Below are positions 1 through 12,918 of a DNA stretch of 64,000 nt, one piece after another. Within the stretch, counting starts at the first letter, position 1; each line of letters opens with the position of its first letter. The notes beneath the pieces were generated by a model that was not told the origin of the DNA, made no database searches, and was given only the letters and a program-made list of their open reading frames with translations. This stretch comes from Takakia lepidozioides (lineage: Eukaryota; Plantae; Bryophyta): positions 71,734,001 to 71,798,000 of the forward strand of contig CM060732.1 in the NCBI GenBank assembly GCA_030704615.1. Direction: 5' to 3'. The position numbers and the translations under genes are program-made.

Positions 1-585
1 TTTTGTTTCCAATGTGTAAACACCACGTTACATTCTTTGCGTTGGTGACACATTGGCTGTTTAACTTGGGGGCCTGTGCTCTTGGAGGGGGATATGCTCT
101 AGCTCAAACAATATGCAACTCATGGCTTTAATGTAATGGCATGTATGGTGAGTGTGAGTTGAGTGCTGGAATTGTGATGTGGTAGCTCTTGGCAAGTGAT
201 TCTAAACCGTCTACAAAGACACGCTCTCCAATTGTATCCACTGGAAAAAATCACTCGTAGGAGCGGAAAAGTTGAAACCCTAGAGCATAAACTTTGCTTC
301 ACAACTTACAAGCTGTATTATGAGAATCCATGTTGTTGCGAAGAACTTACCATAGAAAAGACATAACACATAACACATAAACTGCTAAACTACATGTAAT
401 GGTGGTGCAAGAATAAAGTTGTGGTGATTGAGAGAGAAAGAGAGGGGGGCCTGCAGAAGCAAGCCTACTTTTCGTATATTTCACCTTGAAAGGCTCTACT
501 GGCATTGCTAAAATTCATGACTTACCAGAATGATCTGTACTTTCCTGGTATAATAACCAAAATAGGTCCCAACACATGTAGTAGA

Positions 586-3508
586 TCATGAGACACCATT
601 AGTGGCTGGTTTGTCCAGGGTCAACACATAGGAATCGTAGTTCCAAGCCTTGACCTCCTCAATAAATTTCTTCAGGTTCCTCGGCACTGACCCTCCCTCT
701 TCCACTGCTGCTGTGGCCAATTCTTTCAGCCTCTCAACATGGATTTTAGCATTCTTCCCCTCAGGACCCTCCATCAGACACCTCACAGCCCTCTCAACCT
801 CCTCCTTTCCAACAGACTTATCTGGCCTCTTGAACACCTCAACGGCAACCTTCAGGTCATCCACAAGCATCCTGCAGATGTTGGCATTGCCCACTTTTGT
901 ACTTTTGACACAAACACAATAGAGGAATATCAAGCCCCAGGTCTGCGTATTTCTAGAAGGTTTGCATTGAGCTGTAGCAAGCTATACCTGGTGCTCGATT
1001 GTGTCAGCCTAGTGGACATCAGGCCCCCCGCAAACCTAAAATAATGTGGCATTTCAAGCAACCAGTAGGTCTAATACAAGATCGAACATAATGACGATCA
1101 CAGGACCATTAGGAATGTAGTATTTCAAATACCTAGAGGGTTCCTTCCTTAGTATAATGTACTACATCCAAAGCTTGTCAAGTTCCTTGTATGTAGAGAG
1201 ACCCTTTTCAAATGCATGTATCCGTAGAGTTCGTAATTCTGCATCCCTCTCTGTCTGAAGCAAGATGAAAATCTGAACATCCTTGTAAACAGAACATCTT
1301 AGAATCAAGCTGTTCTCTCCCACCCTGGGTCCAGATCCGAGAAGGTTGACGAGACAGTTACCCTTCTGCAGAAAAAAGAAGACCTGTAGATAGTGTCTAC
1401 GTCTGGGCGAGTGACTGGACTGGAACAGGGCCTACAAACGAAATGTAAGTAGGGTGCAACAACGTACCTGCGATTCATAAACTGCTCAGCTTGAATGGGC
1501 CATGCAAGCATTGGTACACCTCGGCATATACTCTCCAGCAACGAGTTCCAGCCACAGTGTGTTAGGAAGCCACCAACAGCTGGACTTGAGAGGATCTCCA
1601 GCTGCGGGACCCACCCATTTACCACTAATCCACGCTCCTCTGTGCGTGTTACAAACCCTTGTGGGAGCCAGACCTCTGTAAAGTCTGTCTTGTCACTTCG
1701 GGTGCGGACTACAAAAAGGAAACGCTGCTGGCTTGCCTCCAAACCCAGAGCTAGCTCATGGATTTGATGGATAGGGAGGACAGCAACACTTCCAAAGGAG
1801 ATAAAGAGAACGGAAGATTCAGGCTGTGCATCTAGCCAGTTCAGAGATGGATGTCTTGCTTTCGAGAGTTTCTGTACAGTGTCTGGAGTAGATTTGCTGA
1901 AGTAGGTCGCAGGGAGCATGGACCGACTGGCAGCATGCTCAAAAGACGACCAACCTGCACCTTCAAAGGCTGAGTCACTAGTGACAAGACATAAGAGACA
2001 ATAGAAAGCTTGAATATATTTTTTGTCCCTTTATTTGCACCCACCACTTAATGCAGCCCAGACCCTTTATGAGAGAATTGAGAACCCCAGAAACAGAAGA
2101 CCAGATGACACTGGCCACTGGCCATCAATAATCTGGGCAAGTTAGAGATCACGCCAATCTGGGCAAAGGATTTGAGTGCAAGCTAGAGATCACGGGAGCA
2201 CCCATTCTACTAGCCAGCCAGTAAAGAAAGAGCTTCACAGAGATACACTTGAACAGGAACAAAGGAGAGTGTTGACCTGTGTCTTTCCAGTGCCAAATCT
2301 GTGAGTCCGTAGAGCATCAATGCAGACAGGTTCCAACTCATAGTAGGTGTTGATGAGCATCCCAGCAGCTTGCATCATCAGTTCACCATTCAACATATAC
2401 CATAGGAATATAGATGAAGTGTGGTCTTGGACAGGTGAAGGCAGATCCCCTAACTTTGTGGGTGGAATGCCAGGAATATCATAGACAAGTTCTTCAGCTC
2501 TTGAAGGGTCTGTTGGCAACACCCCTCGCGCAAGAAGTGCAGGACAATGTAGGTGGGTTGCCAGTGCATTTGCCGGAGATGCAAACAGGACATACCTCGG
2601 TATCTTGAACTTGTTTGCCACAGCCTGTGGTGGCCAGCCAGATTAAATGGGTCATGAAACGGTACACACACTGTCATGTTTATGTTTACAAACCCCCACC
2701 TCATGACAGCAACAAGGGAAATGGCAAGAAAGCTGTGACGGCTCAAATCTTTTGAAGCTAGAAGTGGCTACAGTGAACACTTGAACTCAGAAATCCTGAA
2801 TAGCAGTCTTGATTTTGAAAGCCAATGTCCATTCCAGGTGACATGGAAAGCTATATACCAGACAAACTAATCTTTCCAGCTTGCATAGTTCCTAACCTGA
2901 CAAATTAAACTAAGTGGAGTAGCAGCCCCTGGTTCAGTGAGATTGTGAGGGATCCAGGACTGTGCTAGAACATAAATCACTAGATACATGATGTGAACAC
3001 CTAAAAATAGTATGATACAACAAAACAGTTTACTGGATCTGTCTTACATCTGACCAGATAAAAAATCTTGTACCCTCCTCGACTAGTTGAAAGGACTTGC
3101 CTGTGTCCATCCCAGGAACATATCACTGACAATGCAGTCCGGGGGAGATTCTGGATTTTCATGCGTGAGATTCTCCACCAGCTTTTCCGTATCCCCAACC
3201 AAATTGTCAATCTCGTCCACATACGGCAGTGGCTCCATAGCTGCGCCCTTTGCCGAGGGCACTCCTAAAGTTACCACACGCATGCTGTCCAAAGAATGGA
3301 GGCTTTCGAAGACATGGTCCACGGACAAATGTTGGTACATATCTACAAAGGTAACCGTGACTCCAAAGCTGTTCAACTTCATAGCAAAATGCACCAGTGG
3401 AATGCTATGCCCTCTAGCAGGATAAGGAAGTAGCAAGACATGCACTCTCCGCTGGCCATCGCCCAGGAATGCGGGCGCAACAGATTCGTGGGACTCATGG
3501 GGAGGCAT
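586..3508 (-). CDS. Family-1 UDP-glycosyltransferase (UGT), 4 exons: 3508-3101, 2624-2277, ~1955-1468, 871-586; apparent 1-nt frameshift near 1920
   Basis: N-terminal HVLLLPYPARGHSIP and PPDCIVSDMFLGWTQ; LINTYYELE; WLDAQPESSVLFISFGS; complete PSPG box WVPQLEILSSPAVGGFLTHCGWNSLLESICRGVPMLAWPIQAEQ; C-terminal AVEEGGS. Splice sites read directly: CAG|GCAAGT (3101/3100), ccacag|GCT (2624), CAG|GTCAAC (2277), AG|GTACGT (1468), ctgcag|G (871). Confidence 0.93.
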
Positions 3509-5046
3509 TTTGCTTCAAAGCTGGCACCTGGACGACAAATCTGGGCACAGTAATACCAGCATCAGACAGCTTTCGGAAGGTGCCAGATCAGAGAATGTTT
3601 CAAGGGGAAGCTGGTCAAAGTTGAGCGGACAGTACATGCTGTCTGCTCCGAAAAATTAACCAAACGGAAAGTAGCTCATGTAATGGGATGAGAAACAGTC
3701 AGCTCAACTTCTGCTTCTCTGTATTCATGAGTAAGGCCGCAACCCCTCTCCTTTGTGCATCCGAACCACCTCCACGGGCAAGACTTGCACTAGGCCTAAG
3801 GAACCAGTTTGAAACAAATTTTGCAGACAAACCACCTTACTTCTTCGATGAAAAGTTCCCTTCAAAATGCTTTCACAGCGTGCGACACCATCACAAACTT
3901 CATAACGTGCACGAACATTATCTAGGATGTGCATGTCCGCAAAGAACTGGTGAAGGTCTTAATGATTAATGTGACAGTTAGCATAAAATAAGAACAAATA
4001 GAAATTGCGTTAAGGAGTGAGCTATACAGAGGTTTGGAGTCCCAAATGATTCCTGAAGGTTGTCAGGAGTAAGACTGTGAGACTCTCAGATAACACATCC
4101 TGCAAGGAGGAGGTGAAATGAAGTAGACAAAGGGCTGGACCACCAAAGACTCGGGACTCCTAGCTGCACCAAGTTCTGACTTCTTATACGGCAAGCACGG
4201 CTGTTACCTTCACTCCGAGTTGCTCACTCGATCAAAACGTACGGACGAGAATTAGCCAACTTCACAACGCCACCTCCTGAAGAACTTAAAGGTGACTGAA
4301 AGATATATCGAAAGTGTTCGAATCAGCTCCTTGCCGGCTCCTCTTCTCGCCCTGCTCAGTCCTCACGGCTACCTACTCTTTGTCGTACACAACACTCAAA
4401 ACCAGAAATCACCCTCGCTCCCTTTCAGGCTCACGAGGTTCAAGCTGGTTCCATTCACACAGAATGTCCAGTGAATGCCTGGAAGTCTAGTACACCACAG
4501 CACTGGGCTTAGAACAAGCACCTCCAGGGAAGCAGTGAAGCTGCGATTTCCTACTTATCTCTTCAGTCCGCCTCTCATCCTCACATCAGCATTTCGCACG
4601 CAACGATTCGCAGATGGCAACCTCTCTACCATCCTTCACGCTACAGCGGAGTTGCAGCAAACTGGTCTGCACCACAACCGCTCGTCGCAATCATGTTCCG
4701 GGTACCTACTTACCACCTTTCCCTCCCTAACCGCCCTTCTCCCCTCGCCCCCTCCCTCGACCACCCACACTTATTATCCCCACCCAAGCGTACTGCCTCC
4801 TCCTTCATTCATTTTTAAATTTACAGCCATCCTCTTCCTTGTTCACTTTCCATCCATCTCTTCTTCATCGCTTATTGTTTAATAAATTTATCTATTTATA
4901 TTACATAATCTATCATATATATACATAGTTCAAAAAGGCCAGCCTGACTAGGTAATAAGGGCCCAAAGGGGTGTCTAGTGTCCACCACACAGGGAGAGCA
5001 GTAAAAAGGCCTCTTTCCATGTTGATCGGCAAGCCGGCATGAGGAA

Positions 5047-5306
5047 GGGCCAACTTCCATGTCTCGGCCAAATCGGCCAAGTTATCCAAAGTTGACCAAC
5101 GTCGGTGGAGCATGGCCGACTTGGTGGGATGGATGGTTGCTTATATGTGCATAGGGTTCATGAGGAATCGGGCAGTAGATCTGCCTCGTTGTCCAAGGGA
5201 CCAATTGAGCCGGTCAAAGGGTGGGACTCGCAAGCAAAGCGTGGGGCTGGCAAGCAATGTGCACAAAGGTGACCTTCACAGCAAGTAGAAGAGACACGGT
5301 AACCTG
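5047..5306. mobile_element. Partial inverted copy of the PIF/Harbinger-like MITE at 28613-29034 (one TIR only)
   Basis: Starts GGGCCAACTTCCAT and aligns by eye to the reverse complement of 28770-29034 (e.g. gtgcacaaaggtgaccttcacagca, catggccgac, gttatccaaagttgacc). Confidence 0.8.
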
Positions 5307-5329
5307 GTACTGATCTGGAATAAAAGGAA

Positions 5330-5600
5330 TAGAAACGACTCTAGGTCCCCACAACTTGTCGTTCTTGTTGCCCAGCTTAGACGACCAAGGGAAGATATTT
5401 ACGTTAAACCCCTTCTGATGCGGGTTGAATTGCAGGGCCTTAGCTGCGGCCGCTTCCGATTCAACATCACTGAAAAGAAACCCCTTCCTTTGGCAATGTA
5501 GAAGTGGTGGTTAAGCTCACCCGAGCCCCCAAGGTAGCGGATCGCCCAGTCAAACCAATAGGCGGGCAGGGGTTTATACCCAACACCCTGGGGGGAAGGA
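5330..5600 (-). mobile_element. Possible L1 ORF1 (DUF4283-like) remnant
   Basis: Translation ...WAIRYLGG...HFYIAKGRGFFSVML... followed by NIFPWS resembles the GxGFFxVxF/W pattern of plant L1 ORF1. Weak, by eye only. Confidence 0.35.
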
Positions 5601-8600
5601 TGGGGGCTCCGCGTTTCGCGGTGAGAGCGAGGCCCAACGGTCGCTTCGTCTCTCTCAGGTGGTCTCTCTCTACCAATCGTCAGCTGAAGCAGGGCCTCCC
5701 CGGAAGCAAATGGAGTCCAAGCTTTGAACACATGGTTTGTATGATTTTCTAAATACATTTAAGCCTTTTTCGCTGATCTTTTGGTGACCACCTCGACATC
5801 CCATCGGTTCATCCTATACCTGCCCTATCTCATTCATCATTCCATGCGTGTTTCGCCGCCTCAACCCCTTAACTTTGCTTCCCCCCTCTCGGTTGTCGGC
5901 TGATATTAATGACGTTTTGAGCTGTCTCTTTCACTCCACTTGGAGCTAACTCATCCCCCCTGGCTATGCTACGAGGTGGTTGTTGGCCTTGTGTTCATAC
6001 AGACTCCCTACGAGGTAGTTAGTGGCCTTGTGTTATGGTGCTACTGTGTGGCCTGGGTTCATCCTAGCTCCAGATGCTCTCGGCTTCCCTATTAATTTCC
6101 GCAGTAGAACCATCTGTAAGTTTGCATTGTCGGTTTAATTCTCCTTATTCAGTCTGCCCCCGAAAGTCCACAGCAGTGAGGCAAGGCCCCCGCACATCTT
6201 GGAGCAGTGCCTCTCCCCTCCAGTACCAGAACAACAGGAGTTTTTCACTGACCCCCTGGAGGAGCAGCGAGCAATGAGCAATGTCTTTCCCCTTATCAAG
6301 ATGGATATACAAGATCTGCACATCAGAATCCCAGGTATGGAGAAGTTTGGTATCTTACTACACTTTCCGGGCAGGAAGGTCAAGAGATCCTACGTGAGGG
6401 AATGCCCGTCCAAAGCTAGACCACATTGCATTGTTTTTGTTGGCCCTGCCCTTAGGCAGAGACTACCCAACTGGTTTTGCGGGACCAGCTTTTCAAGGGA
6501 CCAATGTTTTTGTTGGATGATTGTCATCCATCAATGTGAGGCCTTGCGACAATCAACCAACAATCTCATGTGCATTGAACTGCCAGCCAATCACCCCCGT
6601 TCTCCCCCTTCCTGTCTCGTCTGAAATGCACTTCTTGGGACATTTTCACTGCCAGAAAGTAACCATGGGGTATCTTTTAGCATCCGATGCGCCACTCTTT
6701 GCAGATTAGGGCATTTCCTTACGCATCTAAAAAAAACAGCGATCATACCAGCAGGTGCGAATAGAATCAGGCAGGTGAAACAGAAATCCTGTAATCACAT
6801 CATGTGCGGAGTGTATGTGTGAGAGTAAATTACAGCTACTGACAGAAGACAAATGGAAGGGCATTTTCACCCAAGCGAGCCATAAGCCAACACTGGTGCG
6901 ACCTGTTATGAAGAGGATAAAAAAGCTTCAATCCTGTACATGCAACAAATGGTAACAATCTGTAACCTAGAAAAGCTATCCGAACATAAAGTCTGTGCAA
7001 GGATAACGCGTATTTGCCTTTCTCTCAATCAATTTTGTGTGCCTGTGTTGAATTAGGCGCATAAAATCCTTTAGGTCAGTTTTCTATGTAGCCTGATTCT
7101 CCTCACTCGCCACACCGTCCAATAGAAAGGGAGTCTAATATTTTTCATGGATTCATTGGTATTTTTCCGCCGGTATCTTTGCGCTTCAGTTTCATATTAA
7201 TTTGGAGACGAATTTCGGGCTATAGTACTTTTGCCTCGGCACTTGGTGATTGTCCAACTACTGTAAGAGTAGTGCAAACCTGAAGGAGGTGAAGAGCAGC
7301 ATGGAGGACATTATATTGGCTCTTGGGTCAAGGTATTCAACCATTTTAGTACTTTAAAATGAGGAAGAAATTGAGGAGAGGGAGTACTCTGCCAGAAATA
7401 CAGAAAGAAGGGTTGTTAACCCCGCTTGGACGCAGAACATCATACTCTGCATATGTACATAACTTGGAAATAAAATTTCATGACTTGGAGACTTTCACCT
7501 TACTAAACATGCGCTGCTCTTGTTGATCAGGTAAGCCATCATTCAGTTGTCACATCCTTTGCTTTCCTTGGTATTGACATGTCTTTTGTCCATCTCCATG
7601 TTTAATTAATTTTCCTTCTCCAAGGATGATTTGAGAAAGCAGTCTTTTATAATTGCTGTAAGACTACCAGACATGTGTAAATTTTCTGAAGAATAAACCT
7701 GGCATGGCATCATCATAAAGTCATTTTGTGCAATACTGCAAGTGGACCATGATTCTGAGTTTTGTTTTTCATAAAGTGAGTCTACCACTGAAAACTATCA
7801 TACTTGGCATCTTTCCAACACATGACTCTAATAGCTGCCAGTTCATTTGTCACAACCTACTTACCCCATCATAGTGTAATTAACGTAATATTTTATGAGA
7901 TTTTTTTTTGAGATTATGTTGAACCTACATTTTAGAGCTAAAGGTGATGTGGTGGATAATGAAGTGAATGGTGGTCTGGGGATTGTTTGAGGGTAGCTGT
8001 GCAGACAATGCATGGCCAATGGATGCCTCGCAGTGGTGTTCCACAAGGACTACCAAGTGCAAAACGAGCCTTCTTACACTACCACCAACTTTTCCTTGCG
8101 AGAAGCATTGTGTATTTTATCTTTGTGTTTTAATGTGGGCAGCAATCTTGTAACGAAGTTTGTATTTACAGCAGAGTAGAACTTGCTTCACGGTGTTAAT
8201 AGCTTGATAATTTCATCAAGCTATTTGAAGTGCCATGAGGTACAACTGCAAGGCTGACCAGACCAGTAGGAGATCATTGCCCAAGAACTACCGGTAACAC
8301 ATCTTCAAAGATGGGAGGGGAGGCTGTGCGGCAATAGTGACGAGGCCACGGAAAGAATCTCCTTGTTCCTCTTTATTTTTTCAGGTATGTTTAATTCCAT
8401 GTAAGGTTTAAATTATTTTGTAATTCCATCGGTAAATTTTTGTTCATTTATATGATATTAAATTAAACATAATTTGTTCAACATCTGCATGTTTAGTTAT
8501 TCCACATTTAATATTTCAATGTTTTGGTGGTCATCAAATCGGTTCGTATCTTTATATATTTGCCATCAGCTATATGCCATCAGCCATAAGCCATCAGCAA

Positions 8601-8974
8601 GGGTCACTTGGTTTTGCCGAAGTGACAGAGCAAAAGCTTCAATGCTTTGATCAGAGAGAGAGGAAAAATATTACATTGTGGTAGCAGTACAGTCGAAGAT
8701 TAGGATGATGAAAATCGATTGACGTAGATTTTTCACACTTTTTTCACAGAAAGAGATTATGGTGCCAGGGAAGTACTCTCGAGTACATTGCTTATGACAA
8801 TGATGGGATACTGCCCACCAAGATTTGTCCACTTCTACTTGATCTCTCTTTGTAATTTGTTACTGTATAACAAAGTTGTATTCTAGTTGTCCAGATCATT
8901 AGATGATTGGTTGTAATGTCCATTAGGCTAGTCACTAGTTACCCATCCCACTCATAACAACAGTGATAACCTCA

Positions 8975-10945
8975 CTTAACTTAAATTAGCTTCAATTAGC
9001 AGTAACTCAAGTTAGAGTACCAGAATAGCAGTTGGAGATAAAGTTGACCATGTAGTTTTTTTTTTTTTTTGTTTTTTGTTGAGAAAGGGCCTCGACCCTG
9101 AAACTTTATTATGATAATTATTTGTGGGGAAAAAAATTAAAAACCTGTTGGAACGCCATACAGGCACACACACCGTAATCAGTGAAGGTGGAACTGCCCC
9201 CCTAAAAGGAGTGTATCAATGTGAGAACAACTAGCATCAATCTAGATGGATGCTAAACATCTCCACAGTGTTTCTGTGAAATAGTGCTGGTTCAGATTGG
9301 CCAGTCATCCAATCTTGATGAAAACTATTCGCTCTATGTAGGAATGCTTACGAAACATGAGCTTTACGGACAGCGTACAAGGATTGTAGCTGCATTCCAA
9401 GGTAAGCATTACTATGCGAAGATTCAACTGATCAAGATTGGCTACACAGCTTGGGTCTATTGGAGTTTATGAGAATGTCTAGAGAAACTTGAGTCTGGCA
9501 ACCGTCTTGATGTGCCTCTAGTTAATATCCCTGTCAAACTCTGGGGATGCCCCCATGGACTGCTGTCCTGATATCCCTCCATGCGACAGGGGGGAGTGCT
9601 GACCAGTGGCATGTAGATTGATCGCTGGTAGTGCAGAGGTGGCCACCGATTGCCCAAGTGCCCCGGAATGAGGCATGCAATCCTGCTGCATTTTGGGGGG
9701 CTCTTCGAATATCTGCACATAGTTTCAACCAGGCCTTTCTTGCCTCAATTTGCAAGTCCCAGAAAATTTTGGAGAGCAGCACAGACATAGAGCATGTAGA
9801 ATGTGACAGTGACCAGGCACACCGTGATTTCCAAATGTGCCACAGAGTAGATGCCCAAAGAGACTCGAAGACCGGACAGTGTATTGTTGTGCTCTTAGAG
9901 TGTGCGTCATAGTTAAGCAGCAGCTTGATGGGTGACAGTGGTTGAGGGTCCCAATCTCTGTAAAGGTCTTTCACCAGAGTCCAGATTTTTTTGGGAGCGT
10001 GGCAGCCTAGAAGGCAATGCTCGAACATTTCCAGCATGCTTGAGATAAAGCACTTGCATAGAAGGGCTTCATGAAATTGCAGCCATTCTCCAACCTTGAG
10101 CACCTTGTTTGCAATCTGCCAGAGGAATGCAGATAATTTGCAGGCCTAGTTTTTCCCCAAACAGAGCCCCAGATAGCTTTCGAGTTCTCATTGCTGAAGC
10201 CGTAGGATTGCCATTTGGTGTTCCATTTATCCTGCAAGGGTTCCGGGGCTGCCATGGCTTTGTATGCCTTCCTAGTGATGTATGCAAAGAAGGGGGTTGG
10301 GGATCCTTTAAATGTCCAGCTCCATTCCTTGGGGTCGAATTGCAGATCTGCCAGAGGTCTTCCCAGAACCCAGAGGAAGGTGGAACACGCCAGCCAGGTG
10401 TGAATGGGCATAGCCGGGTCTGGGTCCGGGTTCATATCTTTTGAGTTTGAGGACCAGCAGCAAACTCTTATTGGTGTATGAATGAACATAGGGATATGTA
10501 ACGGGGTCTGGCTTTGAAGGGATAGAATCATTGTCACTGGGTTGATTGAAAATGGAAATCCAAGTAGGGCATTTTGCATTCTATCCTGAATGAAGAAGAC
10601 CGAGAGTGTGTTGTTCACAATTCCCAGAGTCCAGAAGTGTAGTTATGCTATAGTTGTTTCAAGTAATTTTGCTAGTTAGCTTAAATTAGTAATTATTTAG
10701 GTCAAAGTACCAAAAATAGCAGCTGAAAATAACTCAAGTTGACCATGCAACTATGCTATAATTATTTCAGATAATTTTGTTTAGTTAGCTTAATTTAGCT
10801 TCAGTTAGCAGTTACTCAGGCCAAAGTACTAGAATAGCATAGCTTATCTTATATAATTTTGTTTAGTTAGCTTAAGTTAGTAGTGACTCAAATCACACAA
10901 TAGCAGTAGGAGATAACTCACGTTGAGCGTCCAGTTATGCTATAG
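8975..10945. repeat. Degenerate ~100-bp tandem repeat interrupted by an L1 fragment
   Basis: Recurring ttagctt(a/c)a.ttag, agtac.agaatagcag, gttgaccatg, tatgctata at 8975-9057 and 10638-10945. Confidence 0.65.
9058..10637 (-). mobile_element. 5'-truncated L1-type LINE (3' end of ORF2 plus poly-A tail)
   Basis: Frameshifted zf-RVT-like C-terminus (AIWGSVWGK, LKVGEWL..LCKC..EMFEHCLLGC, TLWHIWKSRC); minus-strand AATAAA then A-rich tail at ~9058-9110; candidate TSD TGTAGTT at 9051-9057 and 10638-10644. Confidence 0.75.
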
Positions 10946-11211
10946 TAATGAACAAAAAAATAATCTTGGACCAACCACAAACCAATTTATCTAGCATTTA
11001 AACTCCCAACGCATATGTCAATCATTCACAATCAATTCATAACTATGTTAGGGCAGGGCTTGGATGTAACCATGCATTTGTTGTTGTTTGCATGTGGTTT
11101 TGTCGAGGATATTTTTAATTTGAGTTACAGGGCCCCATTCCCTTTTTATCATATTAAAAAACTACAAACTTCAAAGGGGGATGGAGGCCTTTAAGATTTA
11201 GTATTAACTTA

Positions 11212-11591
11212 GAGCATCTCCACGGTGACACGGTACTTGCCCAAAAACGGCAATGTGGCATGGCGGGGTCATAAAAAGGCCGCGAGGCTTGCTCCGCAAT
11301 TGCCTCAGCCCGGTAGAATTGCTGCAGGCCCCGCCTCAAATCAGCCTCCTGCACGACACTTTTGCCAAACATACAGGACCCGCCAACCTCTGTACGTTAC
11401 ATTTGTGAGGTCAAGAGATATGATGTCATCGGTCAACGCGCCAAGATTGTGATCGGGCGGCAGGCCTGCCTCGGGGCTATCTTTGCCGGGTCTCCTACCG
11501 TCCCAACCAACTGTGGAGTGCCAACAACTACCGTCACCCCTGTAACTAGGGCATATGACGTTTGACGGGCCTGCTCACCTTGGAGATGCTC
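11212..11591. mobile_element. PIF/Harbinger (Tourist-like) MITE, 380 bp
   Basis: TIRs GAGCATCTCCA...TGGAGATGCTC; TTA target-site duplication at 11209-11211 and 11592-11594; no coding capacity. Confidence 0.88.
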
Positions 11592-11657
11592 TTATGAGAG
11601 GTATTTGTTAAATTATTGCCAAATACAATGATTTTGTGCAACAGCCAACATATACGA

Positions 11658-11720
11658 GAGAGAGGACTCCAAGCCGAAGTAACAAAGAGCTACTTCACCT
11701 TGCCGCTGCTACCTTGTTGT

Positions 11721-11758
<38 letters not shown>

Positions 11759-11985
11759 TTCTTTAAAACGTCCAGTGAATTTACAAAGCCTACTGCTCAA
11801 CACACAGGCCATCGAGGGCCCAATGGACAGTTTGAAGGCACATGTTGAAGGATTGAACCCATGATCACCTAGGTTATGCATAGGCAAGGCACAAATACCC
11901 AACCACACTGGGCTACCTGCTCAAGAGAGAGAGGACTCCGGCCAAAGCCGGGGTAACTAAGAGCCACTTCGCCATACGGCTAGTG
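11658..11985. repeat. Two copies of a ~55-bp dispersed repeat flanking a tRNA-like SINE candidate (11770-11920, minus)
   Basis: agagagaggactcc...gtaac.aagagc.acttc at 11658 and 11925; third copy inverted at ~52514-52567. Between the first two, minus-strand GTAGCCCAGTGTGG and GGGTTCAATCC resemble pol III A/B boxes. Confidence 0.5.
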
Positions 11986-12388
11986 CCCCTGTGGGGGATG
12001 GGCCCAATGTACTATATGCCAATGTAATTGTGAATTTGTGACCGACGCATGGTCGAGGGTCACCATCATGAGCTCCATAATTTGCCTTTCTTGTCTCCTA
12101 CAAGCCAAGGTGCAGGCAGCGGAGGTCGCATTTGACATCGGATCAAATCTCTCATGTCATGAAATTGAAACAGTATTTTTCTTTCAAAATTATTTTTTTC
12201 ACCCATGTCATTCTTCCCTCTTCCCACACATTGAAATGTGGGGTCCAAAAGTTAAGTGGCCAGCGTAATTATTGGTCCATCTTCTAGTGTTCAACTGGCC
12301 TTTTTGTAAGGCGTGTAGTTGTGAAGAGAAACAGAAACGTGCCACATGAGTGGAAAGTAACAAGCGATGCCTTCTTTGACCCGGGTTA

Positions 12389-12918
12389 GAGCATCCCCAC
12401 CCTACGCCTCTATGGACCCCTGCACCCGTACTTTTCATATATAGGTTCAGATTTCCTTCCAAACGTACCACACCCAAGCCCCGCTACCCTATATGCCGTA
12501 AAGGGTGGACCCTGAACCCCTTCTCTTTCACTGTATCCGTGCACAATATTCACTGACATGAACTCGTCCCGCAACTGAGTCGTCCCGACCTATATATATA
12601 TATATATAGACGCCTCCCGAAGGGAGCGTAAATTATGGTCTCTCTTCACCACAAGGGCTACTGCCTTCCAGCTGAAAGGTGGACATGTCAGACCATGGAT
12701 ATGTCAGAGCGTGCCACAAGCGTGTGAGAAGCGTGTCAGGGCGTATGAGAACGTCGCTGGAACTCCAGCAAGGTGGGGCATTGGATAAGGGGGCGTAACG
12801 AGGGGCAAGGGTGTGGCTATGAGCAGCCGACCCCTTCACACACCTTTTGAGAGTCCTGAACCAACCTCTTCAAAATGGACGTAGAGGGGCCATTTCAGTG
12901 AGAAGGGTAGGGATGCTC
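12389..12918. mobile_element. PIF/Harbinger-like MITE, 530 bp, carrying a nested SINE 3' fragment (12591-12685)
   Basis: TIRs GAGCATCCCCACCCT / AGGGTAGGGATGCTC (1 mismatch), TTA TSD at 12386-12388 and 12919-12921. Confidence 0.85.
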
